Positions 19,688 to 28,122 of a DNA stretch of 64,000 nucleotides are shown one piece after another (position 1 is the first letter of the stretch; each line of letters opens with the position of its first letter). The DNA is taken from the IMG/VR virus record IMGVR_UViG_3300043425_001190, positions 1-64,000 of that record. One strand, written 5' to 3'. The position numbers were made by a program, and so were the translations under genes. The notes under the pieces were generated by a model. The model saw only the letters and a list, made by a program, of their open reading frames with translations. It ran no database searches and was not told where the DNA came from. Source of the DNA: a virus.

Positions 19688-19866
19688 GCGGGTAGTTCAG
19701 ACATGTTGCCCAGGAGTGTAGGCGGTGGGCGCCCCAACGAGAGTTCATCCCCACAGCCTGATCGCAGTCGTTTGGTCCTTGCCAGTCGAAAGATTGGTCC
19801 CGAAACGATTCGGTATTGGTCGGTCATATTGAACCCCATCCTGGGCAGACCGGCATTTGAACCCGC
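19688..19866 (+). ncRNA. 6S RNA-like structured RNA (~180 nt)
   Basis: GC-rich intergenic rod: GCGG/CCGC, GTTCAG/TTGAAC, ATGTT/GGCAT, GCCCAGGA/TCCTGGGC, bubble TTCATCCCCACA opposite ATATTGAACC, AGTCGTTT/AAACGATT, apical CCAGTC-GAAA-GATTGG; terminator follows. Confidence 0.6.
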
Positions 19867-19908
19867 AGCTTTCCTTGACAGGGGCTGCGGGTTAACTTTT
19901 TTTTCTTT
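19860..19908 (+). terminator. intrinsic terminator closing the ncRNA
   Basis: AACCCGCAGC..GCTGCGGGTT stem followed by AAC-T8. Confidence 0.75.
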
Positions 19909-19922
19909 AAAGGAGACATAGC

Positions 19923-20327
19923 ATGCGAACACACATATTTGGTGGAGATCTTTTGACTGTTGAAATACGCGAACACTCGATGTTCCACATGATATCACAA
20001 TATACTGGCAGAGAAACGTGGGACATTGTTTTAGATGTTGACATCGGACGTCAGCATAAAGTGGTCAATAAATGGGGAAGGCATAACGATGTTCCGTTGT
20101 GTTTCCATTGCGAGGAGTCAAACATATCGATCACATCAGCCCTGATTCCACAAATAAAGTTGGCTAAAGACGGTACAGCCGATCAGTTTTACGTTATTGG
20201 TCATGATTCAAAACATACTAGATGTAAAATCGCGTTTATTAACCCATCAATTAACCAGGTGGATAAGTTTATTGCCCGTCTCAAGATTGCAGTCAATAAC
20301 TTCAACAATAAAGGTGGGTTTAAATGA
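19923..20327 (+). CDS. hypothetical protein
   Basis: AAGGAGA RBS. Confidence 0.7.
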   Translation: MRTHIFGGDLLTVEIREHSMFHMISQYTGRETWDIVLDVDIGRQHKVVNKWGRHNDVPLCFHCEESNISITSALIPQIKLAKDGTADQFYVIGHDSKHTRCKIAFINPSINQVDKFIARLKIAVNNFNNKGGFK

Positions 20328-20611
20328 ACCACGGGTTTGGGCATATGATATTTTTCATTTTCATGTATATGGCATCAGCATTGGTAATTGGTGCAGCAAT
20401 GACATTTTTGCTTAAACTCAAAGACCGTCGCCGCACCAAGGCAGTTAATAACGCCTGGGTGTATGGTTACGTTAAAGGGACACGGGCTAGACTAAACACA
20501 ATCACCAACCAATGCCAGTTTGTGCTATGGAAAGCCGGAGAGCAAGGGCACACCGAGGATTTCTGGCACAATATGGGTGATGGGTGGGTTAAACACTTCG
20601 TTGCCGACTAA
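20324..20611 (+). CDS. membrane-anchored hypothetical protein
   Basis: N-terminal hydrophobic segment; ATGA overlap. Confidence 0.65.
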   Translation: MNHGFGHMIFFIFMYMASALVIGAAMTFLLKLKDRRRTKAVNNAWVYGYVKGTRARLNTITNQCQFVLWKAGEQGHTEDFWHNMGDGWVKHFVAD

Positions 20612-20621
20612 GGAGTTACCA

Positions 20622-20834
20622 GTGAGCACAGACCAAAAAACCAAATACGCCTTCAAGGTTAGCAGCTTTGGTGGCAACTTCATCACCAAAAAAGGAGACA
20701 CATTCTTTGAGGTGACAAATTCAGATGATGCTCTACAGAGATCGCCAGCCACACTTAAACGCATCGGCCGCGAGTACTATCACAGTGGGCTATACCGGTG
20801 GGCCGGTATGCTTGATATTGTACCAGTTCAATAA
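20622..20834 (+). CDS. hypothetical protein (GTG start)
   Basis: AAGGAG RBS. Confidence 0.55.
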   Translation: MSTDQKTKYAFKVSSFGGNFITKKGDTFFEVTNSDDALQRSPATLKRIGREYYHSGLYRWAGMLDIVPVQ

Positions 20835-20847
20835 CCAAGGAGACAGT

Positions 20848-21234
20848 ATGATTATCGTAAAAGAGCGCGGAGATTGCCCAGATACCACCATCTGGGCAGA
20901 AGGATATTTTGCCAACAAGGAGCACCCAGAATACCAGACAGTGACTGAAGGGGTTGATTACCCGGAAAAGAAGGTTATCCTAGAAATGCTGGATGTAGCC
21001 GAGGGAAAGGCCAAGAATATCGGGTATCTTGGCTGGTCAACCTGCCGGGTGTGTCGGTGTCACAACGGATCACGAGAGTTTGTGTTCAGTCCATCAAGTA
21101 CCGATTGGTCAGCCGGCGAGTACCGATGGCCGGAGGGGTTGAAGCATTACATCGAAAAGCACAGTTATAAACCGTCAGACGTATTCATTAAACTACTGAG
21201 GTATATGGTTACCATACCTAAAAATCAATTTTAG
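20848..21234 (+). CDS. hypothetical protein with CxxC...HY...H metal-binding-like motif
   Basis: YLGWSTCRVC...NGSREF...WPEGLKHYI..H; AAGGAGA RBS. Confidence 0.7.
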   Translation: MIIVKERGDCPDTTIWAEGYFANKEHPEYQTVTEGVDYPEKKVILEMLDVAEGKAKNIGYLGWSTCRVCRCHNGSREFVFSPSSTDWSAGEYRWPEGLKHYIEKHSYKPSDVFIKLLRYMVTIPKNQF

Positions 21235-21245
21235 AAATAATGTCG

Positions 21246-22148
21246 TCAATAACATCGTAATTGTTCTAAGCATAGGTTAACGGACTCCGTTAACTTATGT
21301 TTGTTACTAGCATCGATTCTGATAAACCCCAACCCAGTCCATGAATGAATAATTCGTTGTCTTTCAGCGTCTTCAATAACGGTATACCGATGGTGTTTTT
21401 CGTCGACCTCAAGATGTAATAGAATGTCAGTCAGTAAAAAATCCACCCGATATCTTTTTCCGTTTATAATGTATACTTTTTCACAAATGTACTTGATACC
21501 ATTATCGTCTAATGCCTGCCTAACAAACTCCTGCATCCTCATCTTTTTTTCAATGTTGCCACACACTGGACATCCGTTACCAGACAGGTGTCTGTTTGGT
21601 GATTGCATAAACCCACCGTGATTTCTACATAATATTTTAACTTTTGTTCTAGCGTTAATATATACAACATCTTTGTATTCATACCTGTTTTCGTGTATGG
21701 CGTTAGACTTCTCAGCAAAAACCGCACCACATGACTGTGCAAATAACGAAGTACTGTTTTCATAACACTTCGGGCAACCATGCCCTCTTAGATGTAAGGC
21801 TACCGATTGCGTAAACACACCATGGACGTGGCATGTTATATTGATTTTATCTTTAATTCTAGTATACAACACCTCTTCATATGTATATCTGCCACCATGT
21901 ACTGATTTCAACCTTTCTACCACAGTTGATGAAGCACGCTCCCTTGCTCCGGCTGGGCCTTTACAAAGGTTGCACCCTTTCCCTATTGAGTGCGCATATG
22001 GCAACTGCCAAAAACTACCATGTAAACGACAGATTATTTCTATCTTAGTTCTGGCATTGATGTATTTTGACTTTGAATAGCAGTACACCCCGTTATGGAT
22101 GTCAGCTGACTTTCGAACAAAAGTATCCTGGGTAAGTACTTCAGCCAT
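21246..22148 (-). CDS. free-standing homing endonuclease-like protein: three DUF723-like zinc repeats plus a C-terminal PD-(D/E)xK/Vsr-like nuclease (start MAEVLT)
   Basis: three repeats of H...Y.Y...Y.....K..I.C..HG.F.Q....H..G.GC..C, then EK..RVDF...LEVDEKHH...D..R...IRI; AT-rich; AGGAGA RBS. Confidence 0.8.
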   Translation of the reverse strand: MAEVLTQDTFVRKSADIHNGVYCYSKSKYINARTKIEIICRLHGSFWQLPYAHSIGKGCNLCKGPAGARERASSTVVERLKSVHGGRYTYEEVLYTRIKDKINITCHVHGVFTQSVALHLRGHGCPKCYENSTSLFAQSCGAVFAEKSNAIHENRYEYKDVVYINARTKVKILCRNHGGFMQSPNRHLSGNGCPVCGNIEKKMRMQEFVRQALDDNGIKYICEKVYIINGKRYRVDFLLTDILLHLEVDEKHHRYTVIEDAERQRIIHSWTGLGFIRIDASNKHKLTESVNLCLEQLRCY

Positions 22149-22220
22149 GACACGTCTCCTAAGCAGTTTCGTGTTGTGTAGATGGCAGCAGGTGCAAACT
22201 GCTGCCATCACCATTATTTA
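22149..22220 (-). promoter_or_regulatory. late-type promoter TAAATA (22215-22220) plus leader hairpin (22181-22209, loop TTTGCAC)
   Basis: GATGGCAGCAG / CTGCTGCCATC perfect 11-bp stem. Confidence 0.65.
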
Positions 22221-23488
22221 TCGGCGGTACTGTCTATCTCTGATACTATCTTATCAACCACACTGAAGTTATACCTCCAAACCAAAACCCTATGCAGCTG
22301 TTCCTTACAGAACAGCTGCATCTGTATACATGCCCTAGACAGATGAACTTTTGGTGCTCTAATCGGAAGATCGCCGCTTATGTCCACCACGTAGCCGAAG
22401 CTTTCGGTACGCTTCTCCCAGTTGATATACTTGGCTTTTCGGTGTTTAGTATTAATTGTCTGTTCCGAATACACCCTACCAATATTGGCCTCGTTGCGCC
22501 AGTAGACCTCATGGGTTGGTGGTATCTGCTGGCCATCAAGTGAGATGTAGTTTTCTACGGGGCAATCCCATTCTGACGACATATGCCCATGCAACGGATC
22601 GGCCGGGTCGATCAACTCGCACATGTGATGTCGATACACCGCCCCAGTACCAAACCGCAGTTTCTCGCCACTCAGTATATTGGCCACAAACCGTCTGGTT
22701 TCATGGTCTATCCACCATTTCCCGACGTTGATCCACGGCATACCGTCTACGCCGCTAGCCCTGATGGTGATCCTACCATTTCGCCAGAACCTAACCCCAC
22801 CAAAGGTCAGCCAGTGGAAGTTATGCGGGGTTATCATCATCGCCCAGTTTTCCCGCATGAAATCCGACACCCAGGATTTGTGGTTATTGGCCAACCCAGG
22901 CATCTTCACCTTGTGTGGCATGAAATACCCAAGATCTCCATCGGCCAACATCCCAGAGAAAGTGAACACGCTGTCACCAGCGTAGTCAGACGATATCACC
23001 CTCAACGAGTCGAGGTCAAAGAGGTGTTCGGCGTCATTCTCCCAGATGGTGAAAGAACCGAAACCGACGTCATTCTTCATTTGCTTCTTCAAGGCCAAGA
23101 GAGACGCTTTGACGGCCATTCGCCTGTTCTGATCTTGTGGAAGTTTGTTAAGCATCGGGACGGCTATCCGAACGATTTCTCCGGGCTCTTGTCTGGCATA
23201 TTGCTGAACCCGGTTTGTGCCTTCGTATTTCCAGTACAAGAAGTCAATAGCACCGTATAAACTGGCTCTGAATAACCACGGTTCAAACAACTTATTAAGC
23301 TTAACAGCAGCTTTATCTGAAACGGTTATTGGCTTAGGATCGGATTCATATTGTGAAACCGCCAACTCGGCATCTCCGTCATGGATTTCCATCCCGTCTG
23401 ATCTAACCCGGCAGCAAAACAGCCTGCGCAGTATTAGGTCAATAGCAGCTTTACCATGCCCAAGTTCAAAGATTTGTCTTATTGTCAT
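22214..23488 (-). CDS. hypothetical protein (424 aa, start MTIRQIF)
   Basis: long ORF, ACAGGA RBS; no motif recognised. Confidence 0.7.
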   Translation of the reverse strand: MTIRQIFELGHGKAAIDLILRRLFCCRVRSDGMEIHDGDAELAVSQYESDPKPITVSDKAAVKLNKLFEPWLFRASLYGAIDFLYWKYEGTNRVQQYARQEPGEIVRIAVPMLNKLPQDQNRRMAVKASLLALKKQMKNDVGFGSFTIWENDAEHLFDLDSLRVISSDYAGDSVFTFSGMLADGDLGYFMPHKVKMPGLANNHKSWVSDFMRENWAMMITPHNFHWLTFGGVRFWRNGRITIRASGVDGMPWINVGKWWIDHETRRFVANILSGEKLRFGTGAVYRHHMCELIDPADPLHGHMSSEWDCPVENYISLDGQQIPPTHEVYWRNEANIGRVYSEQTINTKHRKAKYINWEKRTESFGYVVDISGDLPIRAPKVHLSRACIQMQLFCKEQLHRVLVWRYNFSVVDKIVSEIDSTADK

Positions 23489-23549
23489 TTGGTTGACGTC
23501 CTGTGTACCAGCACTTACCTTAACGGCACACCACAACACAGGAACACAC

Positions 23550-23885
23550 ATGAGCAAACTTTGTTACGTGGCCCACCCTGCCACCACCCATGGTGATTTG
23601 GCCGAAAATATGGCTAAACAACCGGCAATCTGCGCTACCTACGACCTTTCCAACGAGATTCCAATTAGCCCGTTGCTTTGCTTCGGTGGCTGGGTAGACC
23701 CGGCAATCGAAAACCATCATAAGGCCATGGCCGCGTGCTTTGCCCTTCTCAAACAATGTGATGAAATCCATATGTGGGGACAGTGGTGGTTGAGCAAAGG
23801 GTGCAAGCAGGAAGTAGAATTTGCCAAACGACACAACATTGCCATCGTCTACAAAACTCAACCGTATGGTGATGTTGTCGTGTAA
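23550..23885 (+). CDS. DUF4406 / nucleoside deoxyribosyltransferase-like protein
   Basis: YVAHP..SPL..LL..CDEI...G.W..S.GC..E...A pattern. Confidence 0.7.
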   Translation: MSKLCYVAHPATTHGDLAENMAKQPAICATYDLSNEIPISPLLCFGGWVDPAIENHHKAMAACFALLKQCDEIHMWGQWWLSKGCKQEVEFAKRHNIAIVYKTQPYGDVVV

Positions 23886-23939
23886 CCACGTATTTTTAGT
23901 AGATAACCCAGCTGATACCAACAACAAGGAAATGAACAC

Positions 23940-24392
23940 ATGAGCCGTCCCCGTGCCACCCTAGCCAAACAAGGCATCAACTCGTTCCAACTCACTATCT
24001 CAGACAATGATGATGGTGAAACCGTCGCCATCAAGACTGTCATTCTCAAGGGTGACAAAGGAAACGGTAAGGTTGATATGTCTCCCGCTGCCGATTTCTT
24101 CTTCGGCATCCTCAATAAGATCAACCAGGCCCTGTCCGGCAGCGATGTCGTAAACGAAGCGTTCAAAGACGTTGAGGCCACCCGCAAGAGTGTCGAGGAA
24201 GCCCTCAAAGACCCGGAAAAGAAACAGGCCATCATGGCCGCAATCAAGGCTATGGACACCAACAAGACGTTTGAAAACGTCACCGGTGGAGATGCGGTGG
24301 CTGACGCCAACGAAGACGACACCGAAATCAAGGGTGGCATCATCCTTGACGACACCAAGAAAGGCACCGGCAACATCATCTTCCCAGGATAA
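23940..24392 (+). CDS. hypothetical protein
   Basis: AAGGA RBS; strong codon bias. Confidence 0.75.
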   Translation: MSRPRATLAKQGINSFQLTISDNDDGETVAIKTVILKGDKGNGKVDMSPAADFFFGILNKINQALSGSDVVNEAFKDVEATRKSVEEALKDPEKKQAIMAAIKAMDTNKTFENVTGGDAVADANEDDTEIKGGIILDDTKKGTGNIIFPG

Positions 24393-24397
24393 CCATC

Positions 24398-24808
24398 ATG
24401 CCCACGGTCAAAAAAGACTCACACAAAGAACCACCCATTAGCCTAAACGCTATCCTGGTTTTGGGCCTGGCTGCCCGTGGGCAGTTTCACCCAAGTTACC
24501 TCCCGGATGAAGAGGATAACAAATGCTGGTTTGAACGTAACCGGAAATACCAAAGTTTCCACGAAGCGGTGTTTTGGTTGAAAGAAAACGGATATCTAAC
24601 TCCAGATATCACTGCCATTACCGAAAAGGGAACCCTGTTCCTACAGCTGTTCCTTGATCGGGCCACCCATATCCACCGTGATGTGTTGACCGAAACTCTG
24701 AACGCCAAGCTGATTAACGGTGCTGACAACTTAGCCGAGGGTTTCACCCGGTCGTCTCGAAACAGCTCAATGGTCCCAAACCCACCAGGCCCAGACGAGG
24801 AAGATTGA
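24398..24808 (+). CDS. hypothetical protein (possible winged helix)
   Basis: L.ENGYL......ITEKG..FL pattern. Confidence 0.6.
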   Translation: MPTVKKDSHKEPPISLNAILVLGLAARGQFHPSYLPDEEDNKCWFERNRKYQSFHEAVFWLKENGYLTPDITAITEKGTLFLQLFLDRATHIHRDVLTETLNAKLINGADNLAEGFTRSSRNSSMVPNPPGPDEED

Positions 24809-24809
24809 A

Positions 24810-25199
24810 ATGAAGGTTAAAGACAACTTACTGTCCGTTGCTGAACTTTTCTCTGCTGAACAGGACTCGGTAGTTTTTACCCAGCAATTTAAAACCGAGT
24901 TAACTTCTGAAATGGGTGATGACAACTTCAGCTGGATATTCGACCACAACCACATTGTGACTGATGGTGGGTGGTTAATGCTGAACCGCCCTGATGTCTA
25001 TGATGAACTTTATAAGCGGAGTGGCGCAAACACTGACAACAGTCTTGAGACGATCCTTGAACAAGCCAACTTAACACCACCAAACCAAAGTGCAGTGAAG
25101 TTTATCAGGGCGTTAAAGGAACGGGTTCAAATTACTAATCTTGATATTGCCTTTCGCATCAAGCAATGGCTACGAGATAACAAAGATTTCGTTAAATAA
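24810..25199 (+). CDS. hypothetical protein
   Basis: GAGGA RBS. Confidence 0.7.
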   Translation: MKVKDNLLSVAELFSAEQDSVVFTQQFKTELTSEMGDDNFSWIFDHNHIVTDGGWLMLNRPDVYDELYKRSGANTDNSLETILEQANLTPPNQSAVKFIRALKERVQITNLDIAFRIKQWLRDNKDFVK

Positions 25200-25221
25200 C
25201 CGCTTTCGCCGGCAAATCAAC

Positions 25222-25250
25222 GAGGCCCAGGGACAGATTCCTTGGGCCTC
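25222..25250. terminator. stem-loop between convergent genes
   Basis: GAGGCCCAGGGA-CAGAT-TCCTTGGGCCTC. Confidence 0.6.
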
Positions 25251-25367
25251 AACTTTATGCGGGTGTTTCACCATCTTTAGAAGACCAGTTGTTACCTTTA
25301 TCAACGGCTTCCATCATGGCCTCAGCCTGTTGCAACCCTGGGTCAACCGAAGTAGTAGTCATCATGG

Positions 25368-25805
25368 TTACTTTCTCCTACGAGCTTTTTCTTCAGATTT
25401 GTTTATATCCGATTTGGTCATCTCATTAGCGTTTAGTAACTCGATTAGTTTAGTCATCAAACTCATACCGAGTGATGTTGATTTATCCCAGATTTCTACG
25501 TCCATCGACAACAACGTTTTTCTTGAAGGATCGGCGGTACATATAGCCACTGCTGATGACATGCGTTTAAAATGGTCTTTTAGGCTATACCCATTTCCGT
25601 CTGGTAGTTCAACATCTAAAATCACGATATCAAAATACACATTTGAGGCTATAACCATTCTAGCTTCTGCTAACGATCTGGCCACTTCTATTTTGACTCC
25701 AGACCGTGCCAACGATCGTTGATAAAATAATATGGTCGCCTCTGAATCCTCGACCACCAGCATTGTCTTGCCAGATAGTAAAGGGCCTACATCGTGAGCG
25801 TTCAT
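25368..25805 (-). CDS. stand-alone response-regulator receiver (CheY-like) protein
   Basis: LVVEDS acidic pocket, FDIVILDVELPDGNG phospho-acceptor Asp, ICTA Thr, WDKS Lys. Confidence 0.85.
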   Translation of the reverse strand: MNAHDVGPLLSGKTMLVVEDSEATILFYQRSLARSGVKIEVARSLAEARMVIASNVYFDIVILDVELPDGNGYSLKDHFKRMSSAVAICTADPSRKTLLSMDVEIWDKSTSLGMSLMTKLIELLNANEMTKSDINKSEEKARRRK

Positions 25806-25807
25806 TT

Positions 25808-26632
25808 TTATTTCTCGTTTGGTTCATCAACCTTACTGAACAAAGCCCCGATAAAACGCCTAGACCAGGAAACCTGGAGGGCTGATGCGTTTATCCGCTT
25901 TTCAATTTGGTTGCACTGGTTTCTGGAAGATTCGTCCCACTCTTCGCACATGGTGTTGTTTAGCTCTACAAATTCTTTTGGTGGGAATTCGGCGCAAGGA
26001 GAATCTGGGCAGACGTCCTCGCATGAAACATTGTCTGTGCTTGAAAACTGTAAGGAAACAAAACCAATTGGCTCTGGTGATTTGATGTTGCTGTCGTACA
26101 GAATTCTGTGCATAGCCACCACAACACCGGATTCATCAAACGAGGCTGCCAGTTGACCAACCTCAAGGCTGTCTCTAGTGATGGCGTGCCACCTTGTGTC
26201 TTTAATAACCTCGGCGGTATTTGGGTGTGCAGTGTAGATGAATGACACAGCCTCAGGAGTGGTACTGATTAGAACGCCTTTGCAGGAATTGCTGATACTG
26301 GTGCTACCCGGAGCGCATGATTCACTGTAGCACGACATCTTGGCAAGGGATTTCCCGTTAAAAAACGACTCACCGTTATGAAACATGAATACTAAAGCTC
26401 TTGATGCCTTGTGTCTTATCCGTAGCTCAATTAAAAGATCTCGTACAGCTGCGGATGCCGTATAATGGCGGTGGAAGTTTGGTTTTTTAGATGCCGCTTT
26501 TAAAGACGTGTGCATCTTCTTCGCAGCCAACTTCAAAACAAACGCTACGATTGTTATGATTATTCCGCCAATAATTTCACCAGCATGGGTAGCCAGGAAT
26601 GACATTGTTGACTCTGCTACTTGGCTTCCCAT
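25808..26632 (-). CDS. single-pass membrane protein with GAF-like domain, T4 holin T-like
   Basis: one N-terminal TM segment, L.ELR....A.R..VF.FHNG...KMSC..E motif, IGFVSLQF strand, Cys-rich C-terminus; late promoter upstream. Confidence 0.5.
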   Translation of the reverse strand: MGSQVAESTMSFLATHAGEIIGGIIITIVAFVLKLAAKKMHTSLKAASKKPNFHRHYTASAAVRDLLIELRIRHKASRALVFMFHNGESFFNGKSLAKMSCYSESCAPGSTSISNSCKGVLISTTPEAVSFIYTAHPNTAEVIKDTRWHAITRDSLEVGQLAASFDESGVVVAMHRILYDSNIKSPEPIGFVSLQFSSTDNVSCEDVCPDSPCAEFPPKEFVELNNTMCEEWDESSRNQCNQIEKRINASALQVSWSRRFIGALFSKVDEPNEK

Positions 26633-26654
26633 GATCTTTCCCTTTTAATGAACT

Positions 26655-26698
26655 TATTTAACTGAATGCTTGCGCGGTTATGTGTTGAAGCATATTTT
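26655..26698. promoter_or_regulatory. back-to-back promoters: late TAAATA (- strand, 26655-26660) and sigma70-type TTGCGC-17-TATTTT (+ strand, 26670-26698)
   Basis: motifs in the divergent intergenic gap. Confidence 0.55.
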
Positions 26699-26716
26699 AC
26701 TAAAAGTGGAGACAAC

Positions 26717-27115
26717 ATGGACATAAACGAAGATGTAACCCAGCCACCGCCACCATCAGAAACAGACGATGATGGTGGCGGCGATGGCGGTGGTGACGGA
26801 AATAATAACCCAATAACTCCTGAGTTATTTTGCCGGTATGTGTGGTGGTCAAACCTTGAAAAAACGGCAATAACCACCGGCACATGTGTTGGTTTGTCGC
26901 CAAACAAAAAGGTGGTGGTGATGGATCTGCCTGGCTCAACAGCTGTAGTTGGTGTAGACCATTTAATATCCAAAATACATTCACCACCACTGGAGGAAAA
27001 ACCAAAACCAACAGTTGTCATTGAAAAAACCGATACATCTGGGTGGTTCTTGATAGGTGGTATGTTTGCCATGTTGGCATACATGATCTACCTAGTAACT
27101 TCAAAAGTAGTCTAA
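26717..27115 (+). CDS. membrane-anchored hypothetical protein (start MDINED)
   Basis: GGAGA RBS; low-complexity N-terminus; C-terminal TM helix. Confidence 0.65.
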   Translation: MDINEDVTQPPPPSETDDDGGGDGGGDGNNNPITPELFCRYVWWSNLEKTAITTGTCVGLSPNKKVVVMDLPGSTAVVGVDHLISKIHSPPLEEKPKPTVVIEKTDTSGWFLIGGMFAMLAYMIYLVTSKVV

Positions 27116-27124
27116 GGAGATTAT

Positions 27125-28072
27125 ATGAGCGAAATCAACGAACCGTTAATTTTAGTAGATGCTTCTAACGTAGTATGGCAGGCTCTTCACTCTGTACGCG
27201 GCGAGTTAAAGAAAAACAAAACTCTTTGGGCTCAGCTGCCAAAGCCAGTCAAGATGTCTCAGCTATCAATAACCAGAAACAGTGTCATCGCCTTCTTCTT
27301 GGATGAGTTGTTTACCACCATTAACAGTTATAGTGATGGTCACAAGGTTCTGATCGCCCTGGATAGTAAACCAAGTTGGAGGTACAAGGTTGCCCCAGAT
27401 TATAAGGGCCACCGCAAAGAAATCAAGGACCGATTTGCCGAGGATATTGATATCGAAGACGTAATGGGCGTCTTCTCCGATATGTATGAACTATTGAAGC
27501 AATGTCCGTATTTCATCGTGGTGGCAGCCCCAACAGCCGAGGCCGACGATGTTATTGGTACAGTCGTATTGAACAACGACAGTAAGAACAACTTCATAAT
27601 GTCTTCTGACCGGGATTTCATGCAACTTGGCCATAAAGCCAGATTGGTGTCTAGGTACAAAGAGGATGGGTGTTCAAAGTTAGTATCAGAACTTGAGGCC
27701 GCTGTTATGCGTGAAAGAAAAATACTATCTGGCGACAGTGGCGACCACATCAAAGCGGTGGTACCAAAGGTCACCGGACCAAAGTTTGCCGAAAACGCAG
27801 TTACAGTGGAAAATGTCACCACATACGCTAACGGTCTTTTGACTGAACTGTGTAAGGTTCACCCGTTTGCTAGGGATTCTTTCATCAGAAACAAGATTTT
27901 AATCGATCTGTCAAAATCACCTCCAGCTATCAAGGCCACTATTCTACTAGAATATAACCTTCAACGGTCGAAATGGCGTCGTGATCTGTCGCCATTAGTG
28001 AAGTTCTTAAGAGAACAGAATCTTATAGGCCTTGGTCCAAAAGTGCAAAGGGTGATTAACAACCACCTCTAA
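27125..28072 (+). CDS. rnh: T4-type RNase H / 5'-3' flap exonuclease
   Basis: LVDASN, ALDS..SWR....PDYKG.R, EADDVIG, SSDRDF.QL, GD.GD.I motifs. Confidence 0.9.
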   Translation: MSEINEPLILVDASNVVWQALHSVRGELKKNKTLWAQLPKPVKMSQLSITRNSVIAFFLDELFTTINSYSDGHKVLIALDSKPSWRYKVAPDYKGHRKEIKDRFAEDIDIEDVMGVFSDMYELLKQCPYFIVVAAPTAEADDVIGTVVLNNDSKNNFIMSSDRDFMQLGHKARLVSRYKEDGCSKLVSELEAAVMRERKILSGDSGDHIKAVVPKVTGPKFAENAVTVENVTTYANGLLTELCKVHPFARDSFIRNKILIDLSKSPPAIKATILLEYNLQRSKWRRDLSPLVKFLREQNLIGLGPKVQRVINNHL

Positions 28073-28122
28073 GTTTTTGTAAATGCGTTTATCACAACAC
28101 AACCACAAGAAGGAGACACATT

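Noticed and set aside
19757-19810. Hammerhead ribozyme (CTGA...GAAAC)
   Set aside because: The core reads CTGATCG rather than CTGANGA and the three-stem junction cannot be built; the bases pair within the rod instead.
19669-19998. Short ORFs on both strands across the structured gap
   Set aside because: No good RBS, atypical composition, and they cross a terminator; an RNA explains the region better.
25141-25722. 193-aa + strand ORF
   Set aside because: Antisense to the clear receiver gene and spans a terminator hairpin.
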